From Candidatus Eiseniibacteriota bacterium (GTDB taxonomy: Bacteria > Eisenbacteria > RBG-16-71-46): a stretch of DNA of 64,000 nucleotides. Numbering within the stretch: the first letter of the stretch is position 1; every line of letters begins with the position of its first letter. The stretch is from NCBI GenBank assembly GCA_044223005.1, contig JBGAML010000001.1:448001-512000 (forward strand). The letters are read 5' to 3'. The notes under the pieces are model-generated. The model was not told the origin of the DNA, did not search any database, and saw nothing but the letters and a program-made list of their open reading frames with translations. The position numbers and the translations under genes are program-made. Positions 37,964 through 51,793 of the stretch are shown piece by piece.

Positions 37964-38848
37964 TCAGCCCTGCGGCGCGGGCGTCGCCGAGGCGGCGCGC
38001 CACTCGACGAGCACGACGGCGGCGAGGATCAGCGCCGCGCCCACCCACCAGCGCGGATCGAAGTGCTCGTGACCCAGCGTCAGCGCGAAGGCGAGCGCGA
38101 ACACGGGCTCGAGCGCGAACAGCAGCCCGATCCGGCCCGGCGCGAGGCGCTGCTGCGCGAGCACCTGCAGCAGCGGCGCGATCGAGCTGCCGGCGATCGC
38201 CAGGTAGAGGAACCGGCCCCAGCCCGCGGGCGCGAGCGCGCCGTACGCGGCGCGCAGGTCGCCGGCGAACGGCGCCGTCACGAGCGCCACCACGGCCGCC
38301 TGCACGGTCACGATCGCGAGCGGGTCGAGTGATTCGGCGTGCCGGCCGATCCACACGATCTGCATGGCGTAGAGCGAGGCGCCGAGCACCGTGATCACTT
38401 CGCCCCGGCCCAGGTGCAACGCCTGGTCGAGCGACATGAGCGCCGAGCCGGCGAGCGCGAGTGCGATGCCGGCGAGCAGGCTTCGCGACGGTCTCTGCCG
38501 CAGCAGCGCCCACGCGTAGAACGCGGCGAAGAGCGTGCCCGCGCAGGTCAGGAACGCCGACGAGCCGGCGGACGTGTACCGCAGGCCCAGCGCCTGCAGC
38601 GAGAAGCTGCCGGCCATCAGCACGCCGTTGCCGGCGCCGATGCGCAGGCTGCGCGCGTCCGGAAGCCGCCGACGCGCGAGGCCGATCAGGGCGAAGAGCG
38701 CCGCGGCGACCGCGAAGCGGCCGCAGACCAGCGCGGCGGGCGTCATGCCGCGCACCGTGTCGCGGATCGCGACGAACGTACCGCCCCAGAGCAGCGTGGC
38801 GACGACCATGGCCGCCACCCCGAGGCGCTCGTGCGCCCGGGCGCTCAC
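37964..38848 (-). CDS. EamA/DMT family transporter
   Basis: LLWGGTF, GL.YTSA, LEPVFA, 10 TM segments. Confidence 0.9.
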   Translation of the reverse strand: MSARAHERLGVAAMVVATLLWGGTFVAIRDTVRGMTPAALVCGRFAVAAALFALIGLARRRLPDARSLRIGAGNGVLMAGSFSLQALGLRYTSAGSSAFLTCAGTLFAAFYAWALLRQRPSRSLLAGIALALAGSALMSLDQALHLGRGEVITVLGASLYAMQIVWIGRHAESLDPLAIVTVQAAVVALVTAPFAGDLRAAYGALAPAGWGRFLYLAIAGSSIAPLLQVLAQQRLAPGRIGLLFALEPVFALAFALTLGHEHFDPRWWVGAALILAAVVLVEWRAASATPAPQG

Positions 38849-39486
38849 TCGGCGGTGCGGCGGCGGCGGCGGCCCTGCGGCTGCGACAGGGCGAACGAGA
38901 GGCTCTCGAACTCCATCGTCATGTCGACCGCGCGGAGCGTGACCTCCGCCGGGACGCGCACCTTTCGGGGCGCGAAGTTGAGGATGCCGCGCACGCCGGC
39001 CTTCACCAGCGCGTCCGCGACCTCCTGCGCCGCACGCATCGGGGTCGCGATCACGCCCATCTCGAGCCGGTCGTCGGGGCCGAGCGTGTCGAGGTGGCGC
39101 ACGGTCAGCGGCCCCAGCGGCTGGCCGACCCGCGTCGCGCTCGCGTCGAACACGGCGACGACGTCGAAGCCCTGGTCCGTGAACCCGCGGTAGGCGAGCA
39201 GCGCCGAACCGATGTGGCCCGCGCCCACCACGCCGACGCGCCAGCGCCGGTCGAGCCCGATGATGCCGCGGATCTCGTCGCGCAGGTGCTGCACGTTGTA
39301 GCCGAGGCCGCGCCGGCCGAACGAGCCGAAGTACGACAGGTCCTTGCGGACCTGCGCCGACGTGATGCCCTCGCGCTCCGCCAGCAGGTGCGACGAGATC
39401 ATGCGCTGCCCTTCCGCGGCGACTTCCTCGAGCACGCGGTAGTAGTGGGACAGCCGGCGGACGGTGGATTCGGAGATCCGGGACAG
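38845..39486 (-). CDS. rex: Redox-sensing transcriptional repressor Rex (start inferred at CTG)
   Basis: ISESTVRRLSHYYRVL, QVRKDLSYFGSFGRRGLGY, GAGHIG, GILNFAP. Confidence 0.93.
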   Translation of the reverse strand: MSRISESTVRRLSHYYRVLEEVAAEGQRMISSHLLAEREGITSAQVRKDLSYFGSFGRRGLGYNVQHLRDEIRGIIGLDRRWRVGVVGAGHIGSALLAYRGFTDQGFDVVAVFDASATRVGQPLGPLTVRHLDTLGPDDRLEMGVIATPMRAAQEVADALVKAGVRGILNFAPRKVRVPAEVTLRAVDMTMEFESLSFALSQPQGRRRRRTAE

Positions 39487-39517
39487 GGTCGCGCGCGCGA
39501 CCCGCCGGCCGATGTCG

Positions 39518-42013
<2,496 letters not shown>

Positions 42014-42090
42014 TTCCTATCCTTCCCGGGTCGGATCGGAACGGTGACCGGGGCGCGTCCTGCGCCCCGCGGTCCGGTCCGCGTCGAGGG

Positions 42091-42699
42091 TCAGCGGCGC
42101 GCGGCGCCGGCCCAACCCCATTCCACGGCCGCGGCGGCGTACTGCTGCACGCGGCGATACGAAGCGTTGCGTTCGGCGAAGAGCCGCTGCCAGCGGACCG
42201 TGACGCCGAGGTCGTGGTGCGTCCCGACGGCGCGACGGAAGCCGACGCCGCCGCCGAGGCTCACGGCACTCGCGGCGTTCGTCACGTCGCCGCGGCGGTC
42301 GTCCTCGATGCGCGTCCAGCCCATCGTGCCGAGCACCGAGCCCGTCCAGCGGCCGCGGTGCATCACGTCGACGTCGCCGCGCCACGCGGCGCCCCAGGCC
42401 CAGCGGTGGTTCAGGCCGACGGTGCCGAGGACCGTGTGGTCGTTGGGATCGAACAGCGTGCCGAGGTCCGTGCCGATGTCGTCGGCGAAGAGCGACACGC
42501 CGAAGCGCGCGTGGTCGCCGGCGGGCCAGGTGGGCGTGACGGCGGCAGAGAGCCCGCCGTCGGACGGCGAGCCGTCGGCACCGAACGTCTGGCCGGCGGA
42601 GAACACGATCTGCGGACGGGACCACGCCGAGGCGTCGTGCGCGGAGAGACCCGCGACGAGCACGGCGGCGATGACGAGTACGAGCATTCGGAGCTTCAT
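42091..42699 (-). CDS. Secreted protein, probable small outer-membrane beta-barrel
   Basis: Signal peptide, Gly/aromatic alternating strands, VEWGW near the C-terminus. Confidence 0.6.
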   Translation of the reverse strand: MKLRMLVLVIAAVLVAGLSAHDASAWSRPQIVFSAGQTFGADGSPSDGGLSAAVTPTWPAGDHARFGVSLFADDIGTDLGTLFDPNDHTVLGTVGLNHRWAWGAAWRGDVDVMHRGRWTGSVLGTMGWTRIEDDRRGDVTNAASAVSLGGGVGFRRAVGTHHDLGVTVRWQRLFAERNASYRRVQQYAAAAVEWGWAGAARR

Positions 42700-44942
<2,243 letters not shown>

Positions 44943-44944
44943 GC

Positions 44945-46120
44945 TCAGCCCACCGCGTCCGGAAGACGCAGCGGCATGATCAGGCAGAGCAGTTCCTCGT
45001 CCGCCTGCGGCAGCGCACCCACGGGTTCGACGATCCCGGCCGACAGCGACGTCTTGAGCCGGAACACGATGCGCTCGGTGGGAATGTTGCGCAGGATCTG
45101 CAGCAGGTAGCGGGCGTTGTAGCCGATCTCCATGTCGTCGCCCGCGTACTCGGCCTCGACCGACTGCTCGCCGGCGCCGAAGTCGGCCGTCGCGGACGAC
45201 ACCGAGAACTTGCCGCCGCGGAGCGAGAAGCGGATCTGCTGCGTGTTGCTGTCCGCGTGCGACGCGACGATGTCCACCGCCTCGACGAGGTCGGTACGCG
45301 ACAGCGTCAGCGAACGCGGGTTGTCCTTCGGGATGACCTGCTCGTAGTTCGGGTACGGGCCCTCGATCAGGCGCGCGAACACCTGCACCTGGTACTCGCC
45401 CACCTGCGTCGCGAAACCGATGTGGTTCTTGCCGTCGGCGATGCGCAGCTCGACCGGGCTCGTGGCCTCGCTCGCGAACTTGGACACGCTCGAGAGCACG
45501 CGCGCCGGGACGATCACGCCGTCCTTGGTCAGGTCGCCGAAGGCGCCCTTGCGCGAGGTGCGAGAGAGCCGGTGGCCGTCGGTCGCGACGAACGTGACGT
45601 GCTTGTCGGTGCCGTGCACGAGCACGCCGTTCAGCTGCGGGCGCGCGGGCTCGTCCGACGTCGCGTACGCCGAGCGCTCGATCATGCGCGCGAGCGCGTC
45701 GCCTTCGATCGTGATCTTGGCCGCAGCCTTGAGTTCCGGCACGCGCGGAAAGTCGTCCGCCGGCTGCGTGTGGAACTTGGACCAGCCCTTGCCGTCGCCG
45801 TAGCGCACCTCGCACTGGCTGCCGGCCTGCGCCAGCGTCACGGCGCCGCGGGGCAGCTTGCGGATCACCTCGTGGAAATGGCGGGCGGGAACGGCCATGC
45901 GAACGGGCGTGCGCACCGCGCAGGGCACGAGGACGGACGTGGTCACGTCGAGGTCCGTGCCGGTCACCCGCAGGCCGTCCTTGTCCGCCTCGAGGAGCAC
46001 GCAGGTCAGCAGCGGCTGGGCGTTCTTCTGCGGAACCGATCCCAGGGCCCGGCCGACCGCGAACAGCAGGTCGCCCTGCTGGATCGTCAACAGCTCGCCC
46101 TGCTGGATGGTGGTATCCAT
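44945..46120 (-). CDS. dnaN: DNA polymerase III beta sliding clamp
   Basis: GTDLD, ATDGHRL, RLIEGPYPNYEQVIP, IGYNARYL, LIMPLRL. Confidence 0.97.
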   Translation of the reverse strand: MDTTIQQGELLTIQQGDLLFAVGRALGSVPQKNAQPLLTCVLLEADKDGLRVTGTDLDVTTSVLVPCAVRTPVRMAVPARHFHEVIRKLPRGAVTLAQAGSQCEVRYGDGKGWSKFHTQPADDFPRVPELKAAAKITIEGDALARMIERSAYATSDEPARPQLNGVLVHGTDKHVTFVATDGHRLSRTSRKGAFGDLTKDGVIVPARVLSSVSKFASEATSPVELRIADGKNHIGFATQVGEYQVQVFARLIEGPYPNYEQVIPKDNPRSLTLSRTDLVEAVDIVASHADSNTQQIRFSLRGGKFSVSSATADFGAGEQSVEAEYAGDDMEIGYNARYLLQILRNIPTERIVFRLKTSLSAGIVEPVGALPQADEELLCLIMPLRLPDAVG

Positions 46121-46267
46121 ACGGTCACTCCCTGACAGGAAGGAACTTCATGTCGCGACGCAGTTTCCGCCGCCGCGACACGGATCCGGGCGGGGGCTTG
46201 CGATAGTCCGCAGCATCATAGGCGGCACCCCCCGGGCCTGCAAGCGATTTCCCGCCTGTCAGAGGCC

Positions 46268-46480
46268 TTCTAAGTCTTTCTCTTTCTTTTAATTAGAAGA
46301 CCTAGAAACAGTAGGGGCTGTGAACTCTGTGGAGAACCCCGCTCGGGTCACCGCAACCCTGCTCCCGAAGCGCCTTTAGGGCCGCCGGAGGGCCGGGGAA
46401 AACAGGCGGGTTCTCCACGCGTCCTCGACAGGAACGCGGTTCCCCACTCGCTCTCCCCAACCATCCACAGGTTCTCCACG
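46268..46480. other. oriC unwinding region: AT-rich stretch, DnaA-trios, DnaA boxes
   Basis: AT-rich 46268-46293; TAG AAG ACC TAG AAA CAG TAG at 46294-46314, GGGC, tandem TGTGAACTC/TGTGGAGAA at 46319-46336; further boxes at 46411, 46461, 46472. Confidence 0.85.
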
Positions 46481-46485
46481 CCCGT

Positions 46486-47901
46486 TCACGAGGCGAGTGT
46501 GGAGATCAGTCCGTTGACCTTCTCGCCGAAGGCTTCCTCGGTGTTGATGCGCCGCGCGATCTTCTCGCAGGCGTACAGCACCGTGGTGTGGTCCCGGCCG
46601 CCGAACACACGGCCGATCTCGACCAGCGACAGGTCCGTGAGCTGCCGCAGCAGGTACATGGCCACCTGGCGCGGCAGCGCCACCACCTGCGTGCGCCGCT
46701 GCCCGAGCATCGCCTCGGTCTTGACGCCGAAGCGCTCCGAGACCGCGGTGAGGATGCGTTCGGGCGTCAGGTGGTCCGGCTCGGCGTTCACGTACTGCGA
46801 AAGCACGTCCTCCGCCAACTCGAGCGTGATGTCCTGGTGCGTCAGCGAGGCCACCGCGAGGAGTCGCACGAGGCAGCCTTCGAGATCGCGCACGTTGCCG
46901 CGGACACGGTCGGCGAGCAGCAGGAGGACGTCGTCCTGGAGCCGCAGTCCCGCTCCCTCGAGCTCGCAGCGGTTGCGCAGGATCGCGATCCGCGTCTCGA
47001 GATCGGGGTGCTTGACGTCGGCGATGAGTCCCTGGTTGAAGCGCGAGATCAGCCGCTCTTCGAGGCCCTCGATGTCCTTGGGGGCCTTGTCGGCGGTGAC
47101 CACGATCTGCTTGTGGGCGTCACGCAGGGCGTTGAACGTGTAGAAGAACTCCTCCTGCGTGCTCTCCTTCCCCGCCAGGAACTGAACGTCGTCGATCAGC
47201 AGCACGTCCACGTTCCGGTACTTGTTGCGGAACGCGAGCGTCTGGCCGTGCTGGATCGCGAAGATCATCTCGTTGGTGAAGCGTTCGGCCGGCACGTAGT
47301 GCACGCGCGCGTCGGGCCGGCTGCGCTTCACGGTGTGGCCCACGGCGTGGAGCAGGTGCGTCTTGCCCAGTCCCGAGCCACCGAAGATGAACAGCGGATT
47401 GTAGACCTGGCCCGGGCGCTCGGAGACGGCGCGGCAGGCGGCGTGCGTGAAGCGGTTGCTGCCGCCGACCACGTAGCTGTCGAACGTCAGGCGCGGATTG
47501 AGCTGGCTCTCGAGCCACAGCTTGCCGCCCGCCGGAGCGGCCGCGACCGGCGCCGCCACGGGCGCGCTCGGCGCCGGCGGCATCGGTCGGGACTCCAGCG
47601 CCGAGGAAGGCGCCGGCGGCAGCGACGAAGGCTCGCGAGGAGAGAAACGGATGTCGGGAGTGGTGCGCATCACTTCGTGCAGCGCGACGCGCAGGGTGTT
47701 GAGGTGGTGTTCGTGAATCCAGTCGACGAAGAACGCGTTGGGAACTTCGAGGTCGACCGTCTGCGGGTTCAGTTCGCGCGCCACGATGGGGCGGAACCAG
47801 GTGTCGAAGGCCTGCGGGCTGCCGAGACGGGTCTTGACCGACGTGAGGACTTGCTCCCAGAGACGCTCCTGCTCCTCCGGTTGCACTGGCTGGACGGCCA
47901 T
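46486..47901 (-). CDS. dnaA: Chromosomal replication initiator DnaA
   Basis: YNPLFIFGGSGLGKTHL, LLIDDVQF, QEEFFYTFN, GNVRDLEG, GGRDHTTV. Confidence 0.99.
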   Translation of the reverse strand: MAVQPVQPEEQERLWEQVLTSVKTRLGSPQAFDTWFRPIVARELNPQTVDLEVPNAFFVDWIHEHHLNTLRVALHEVMRTTPDIRFSPREPSSLPPAPSSALESRPMPPAPSAPVAAPVAAAPAGGKLWLESQLNPRLTFDSYVVGGSNRFTHAACRAVSERPGQVYNPLFIFGGSGLGKTHLLHAVGHTVKRSRPDARVHYVPAERFTNEMIFAIQHGQTLAFRNKYRNVDVLLIDDVQFLAGKESTQEEFFYTFNALRDAHKQIVVTADKAPKDIEGLEERLISRFNQGLIADVKHPDLETRIAILRNRCELEGAGLRLQDDVLLLLADRVRGNVRDLEGCLVRLLAVASLTHQDITLELAEDVLSQYVNAEPDHLTPERILTAVSERFGVKTEAMLGQRRTQVVALPRQVAMYLLRQLTDLSLVEIGRVFGGRDHTTVLYACEKIARRINTEEAFGEKVNGLISTLAS

Positions 47902-47932
47902 TTCTACGGTCCTTGCAGAATGGTTCGCACAT

Positions 47933-48342
47933 TTGTCCACAGAGCGCGGGGCGGCGAGAGCTTTGCTCCATCGCGGCTTCGGGCTCGGCAGAGGGGAGGT
48001 TGTGGATATCTACCGACGCACTTCTCCACACAGGCTACAACTGCTGTAACGACATGTGGTGAAACGTGTTGGCAGTGGTGTTCGGGGACTTCCTCCACAG
48101 GTTGTCCACAGGGGGCTCACCGACGCCGGCAGGCCACTCGAAAAAACCTCTCCGAAGTGGCGCGGCGGAATCGCCGAATCCATTGTCCTGCAGTAGGTTG
48201 ACTGGTTGGCCCGTTCGCTTCGCCAGCAGGGGTCGGGGGACTGCCTTGGCGAGGGAGCGGTAGGCTAGCACCCGCGTTCGAACCCCGACAAGTGTGGAAA
48301 AGTCGGTCTGTAAGGCGTTGCGGATTCGTCGCTTGTGAACTG
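47933..48342. promoter_or_regulatory. DnaA-box cluster upstream of dnaA (second half of a bipartite origin / autoregulation)
   Basis: TTGTCCACA 47933 and 48102, TGTGGATAT 48001, TTCTCCACA 48022, TCCTCCACA 48091, TGTGGAAAA 48293. Confidence 0.85.
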
Positions 48343-48384
48343 GTTCGCCGGGAGCGAACAAAGCCCCGGTTGCGGGGTCCGGAA

Positions 48385-49017
48385 TCAGAACGGGAAACTG
48401 GCCCCCAGCACGAGCTTGCCCGACTTGGTGGTCGGGTCGCTCAGGGCGAGCTGGAACTCGCCGACGAGGTGGATGTCCAGGTTGGGGCGGTATTCCACCC
48501 CGAACCGCAACGGCATCGACAGGTCGGTCGAGTTCTGGTCCCCGATCGTGCTGCGCGAGTAGAGCAGCGCCACGCCCGCGTACGGTGTGAGCGACGCGTT
48601 CCCCTCCATCGCGCGCGTGCGGCTGACCACGCCGGAGGGCCCGACGCTCATGAGCGTGAAGTGGTCGGCGCTGCTCACGCCCAGTACGCCGCCGAGCGAG
48701 ACATCGACGGGGGAGGTGTCGCCGCGACGCACGATCGCGCCGCGCAGGTCCGCGCCCATCTCCACCGCGGTGCGGCCGCTCTCGCCGTGGTCGATGCGGC
48801 GCAGGCCGCCGAAGAAGCCGAAATCGACGGCGGGGTAGAAGCTCATGCGCAGCATGCCGTGGAGCGACGACTGGCCGCTGCCCATCCCGGCGTAGACGCC
48901 GCCCGTGTGCTCGTTGACGCCCAGCGGAACCGCGCCGCCGAGCTGGCCCGGAACCTGGGCCGACGCCGCGCCGGCGGCGAACAGCGTCGCCGCGCACGCG
49001 AGCAGGAGCGATCTCAC
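48385..49017 (-). CDS. Small outer-membrane beta-barrel protein
   Basis: GGAGG-GTG start, signal peptide, LTPYAGVAL strand, C-terminal LGASFPF. Confidence 0.75.
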   Translation of the reverse strand: MRSLLLACAATLFAAGAASAQVPGQLGGAVPLGVNEHTGGVYAGMGSGQSSLHGMLRMSFYPAVDFGFFGGLRRIDHGESGRTAVEMGADLRGAIVRRGDTSPVDVSLGGVLGVSSADHFTLMSVGPSGVVSRTRAMEGNASLTPYAGVALLYSRSTIGDQNSTDLSMPLRFGVEYRPNLDIHLVGEFQLALSDPTTKSGKLVLGASFPF

Positions 49018-49188
49018 GTTGCACCTCCGTATGTCGTGTCGTCCGCGTTCGTCCGTGAATGCGGGGAGTCGCAGGCGCAACCTACATCGGGACGCGGCCG
49101 CGGTCGAGCGCGAAGGGCCGCGAGGGTGGTTTCTCGCGAGCGTGCCCGCCGCTTGCCACCGCGCGCGATCGCGTGATACCAGCGGCGG

Positions 49189-50082
49189 ATGAAACTCGTC
49201 AGTGACTTCGACGGCGTCTGGACCCGTCCCCACGCCGAAGCCGCGGCCCAGGGCGAGCGGCTCGACGAGCGCCTGGTGGCAGTGGCGCCGCCGGAACGGC
49301 GCGACGCGGCGCGTGCGTGGATCGCGAACGCGCGGCGCGAGACGCTCGCGCAGCCGCAGCGCTGGGGCTGGACGCACGCCGGGCAGCTCGCGGCGTTCGC
49401 GGACGAGGATCCGTTCAGCGCGCACTCGGCGCTGCTCCACTACCTCGCGGAACACGCGGACGGCGATCCGATGGCCACCCTCCTGCTCGCCGGCGCGAGC
49501 GCGGCGGGGGAGGGCTCGCTCGACACGTTCGGCACCGCGGCGCACCTGGACGGCGTCGCGGCGGTGGAGTCCGCGCGCGGACCGGGCGTGCTGCCGTCGG
49601 CGGCCGAGGCGGGGCGCGCGATGCTCGCGCGCGGGATCGAGGTCGTGGTCGTCTCGAACTCCGAGGGCGAGAAGCTGCGGCGCTGGTTCGCGCACGCGGG
49701 CCTGCCCCACGCCATGCACCCGGAGCGGCTCGCGGGCGGACTGCGCCTGCGCGGCGCGGCGGGCAAGCACCTGATCGACCCCGCGCGTTCCGAGATGCTC
49801 GCGCTCGACGGCCTGCGGATCGAGCTCTCGCGCCCGCGCTACGAGGCGATCCTGCGCGAGGAGGCGCCCGACGCGATCGTCGGCGACGTGTTCTCGCTCG
49901 ATCTTTCCGTGCCGCTCGCGCTCAAGCGGCGCGAGCCGTCGTGGAGGCACGTGCGGCTCTTCTGGCTCGCGCGCGACTACGCGCCCGAGCGCATGCGCCA
50001 CGCGCTGGCCACGGCCGCGCCGGAAGTGGAGACGGTCGATTCGATCGAGGCCGTCGCCGCGGCGCTCGCGAACGGCGCCTGA
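49189..50082 (+). CDS. HAD-superfamily hydrolase-like protein
   Basis: DFDGV motif I, VVSNS motif II, GDVFSLD motif IV. Confidence 0.75.
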   Translation: MKLVSDFDGVWTRPHAEAAAQGERLDERLVAVAPPERRDAARAWIANARRETLAQPQRWGWTHAGQLAAFADEDPFSAHSALLHYLAEHADGDPMATLLLAGASAAGEGSLDTFGTAAHLDGVAAVESARGPGVLPSAAEAGRAMLARGIEVVVVSNSEGEKLRRWFAHAGLPHAMHPERLAGGLRLRGAAGKHLIDPARSEMLALDGLRIELSRPRYEAILREEAPDAIVGDVFSLDLSVPLALKRREPSWRHVRLFWLARDYAPERMRHALATAAPEVETVDSIEAVAAALANGA

Positions 50083-50088
50083 ACGCCT

Positions 50089-50964
50089 TCAGCTACGCGG
50101 TTCGTAGAACGCCGACGCCCAGGGCGAGAGCGTGCGGAAGCCCATCCGCCGGTAGAGCGAGATGGCCGGGGCGTTGATCTCGTTCACGAACAGGCAGCAC
50201 TCGTTCGAGCGCTCGAGCAGCCGCAGGCACATCTCGGAGAGCGCGCGCCGCGCGATGCCCTGGTTGCGGAGCGCGGGCGCGGTGTAGACGCCGGAGATCT
50301 GCGCCGCCTCGGTGGTCCGCGCCGAAATGCTCGCGCGGAACACGAGCCCGCGCGCGTCGCGCCACACGTACGTGTGACCGTCGCGGCAGTCCTCCTCGGC
50401 GCGCCGCGCGTACGCGACCGGGTCGACGTCACGCGGATCCTCCTGCAGCTCCTCGGCGCGCAGCGCGGCGCCCGTCTCGTAGACGAGCGTGTAGTCCTCG
50501 CGCCGCGCGGTGCGCAGCTCGGGCAGGCGCGGGCAGGGCGCGAGGTCGCGCGGGGCGAGGCCCATGTAGAGCTGGTCGCGCTCGAGGCGCAGCCGCGGGC
50601 CGGGCCCGGGAAAGTGTTCGCGCAGCACGCCCACGGCGTCGCGCGGGCCGATCACCTGGAAGCGCGGCGGCAGCACGGCGAGCCGGCGCGCGGCCACCTC
50701 GCCGAGCGCGTGGTGGGCCTCGAGGTCGGCGCCCGCGGGCAGCACGGCGCCCGAGTGCGCACCGAGGTAGAGCAGCGCCACGATCTCGCCGTCGCGCCGC
50801 GCGCCCCACCACTCGTCGCGCGGCCGCGCGAGCGCGTCGCGCAGCACGAGCGCGTGGAGGTACGCGTTCAGCACCGGCGCGGCGTCGAGGAACGCCACCG
50901 TGTCCGGCACGTCGCGCGGACCGAGCGGGGCGATCGCGAGCAGGGGGGAGGCGGCAGGAGGCAT
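50089..50964 (-). CDS. GNAT acetyltransferase (FR47-like)
   Basis: QISGVYTAPALRNQGIA, LFVNEINAPA..YRRMGF. Confidence 0.85.
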   Translation of the reverse strand: MPPAASPLLAIAPLGPRDVPDTVAFLDAAPVLNAYLHALVLRDALARPRDEWWGARRDGEIVALLYLGAHSGAVLPAGADLEAHHALGEVAARRLAVLPPRFQVIGPRDAVGVLREHFPGPGPRLRLERDQLYMGLAPRDLAPCPRLPELRTARREDYTLVYETGAALRAEELQEDPRDVDPVAYARRAEEDCRDGHTYVWRDARGLVFRASISARTTEAAQISGVYTAPALRNQGIARRALSEMCLRLLERSNECCLFVNEINAPAISLYRRMGFRTLSPWASAFYEPRS

Positions 50965-51081
50965 GCGAAGACTCCGGGACGAAGCACGAATCTACCGCAG
51001 CGGCGCCGGGTTGCCACTTCCGAACGCGCGCGCGATTGACCCCGCGCGAAGCGTCCCCGTAGCATCGTCCGCGGAGGACCG

Positions 51082-51780
51082 ATGAGCGACCTCGTGATGG
51101 TGATCGAAGACGAGAAGGAGATCCGCGACCTTCTCAAGTACAACCTCGAGCGCGCCGGCTTCCGCGTCGCCGCGTTCGCGGACGGCGAAGAGGGACTCGA
51201 GCAGCTGTTCGCGTCGCGTCCGGATCTCGTCGTACTCGATCTCATGCTGCCCGGGCGCAACGGGCTCGAGATCCTGCGCGAGGTGCGCGGCGAGCCGGCG
51301 ACGGCGGACCTCCCCGTGCTCGTGCTCACCGCGCGCGGCGCCGAGATGGACAAGCTGCTCGGCTTCGAGCACGGCGCGGACGACTACCTCACCAAGCCGT
51401 TCAGCCCGCGCGAGCTGGTCGCGCGCGCCCAGGCGCTGCTGCGCCGCGCCAAGCCCGCGGCGCACACGCGCGCGCTCGAGCGCGGCGTGCTGCGCATGGA
51501 CTTCGACGCACGCGAGGCCACGGTGGCCGGCCGAGCGCTGTCGCTGACGCCGCGCGAGTTCGACCTGCTCGCGTTCCTCGCACGCCATCCCGGCCGCGTG
51601 GTGTCGCGCGACGAGCTGTTGCGCAAGGTGTGGGGCTACGACTACCTCGGCGAGACGCGCACGGTGGACGTGCACGTACGCCGGTTGCGCATGAAGCTCG
51701 GCGACGAGCATCCGCTCATCGACACGGTGACGGGCTCCGGCTACAAGTTCGTCGCCGCGGCGCGCAGCGGCGACGCGTGA
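51082..51780 (+). CDS. phoB: PhoB/PhoP-type OmpR-family response regulator
   Basis: IEDE, LDLMLP, GADDYLTKPF, RTVDVHVRRLR; pst context. Confidence 0.88.
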   Translation: MSDLVMVIEDEKEIRDLLKYNLERAGFRVAAFADGEEGLEQLFASRPDLVVLDLMLPGRNGLEILREVRGEPATADLPVLVLTARGAEMDKLLGFEHGADDYLTKPFSPRELVARAQALLRRAKPAAHTRALERGVLRMDFDAREATVAGRALSLTPREFDLLAFLARHPGRVVSRDELLRKVWGYDYLGETRTVDVHVRRLRMKLGDEHPLIDTVTGSGYKFVAAARSGDA

Positions 51781-51793
51781 GCGCGGACGCGGC

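Noticed and set aside
48333..48350. Rex operator-like TTGTGAA-ctgg-TTCGCCG upstream of dnaA
   Set aside because: Right arm matches only 4/7 and the left arm is equally explained as a degenerate DnaA box.
47950..48380. Hidden rpmH upstream of dnaA
   Set aside because: No MKRT(Y/F)QP..HGF-like peptide seen on the divergent strand.
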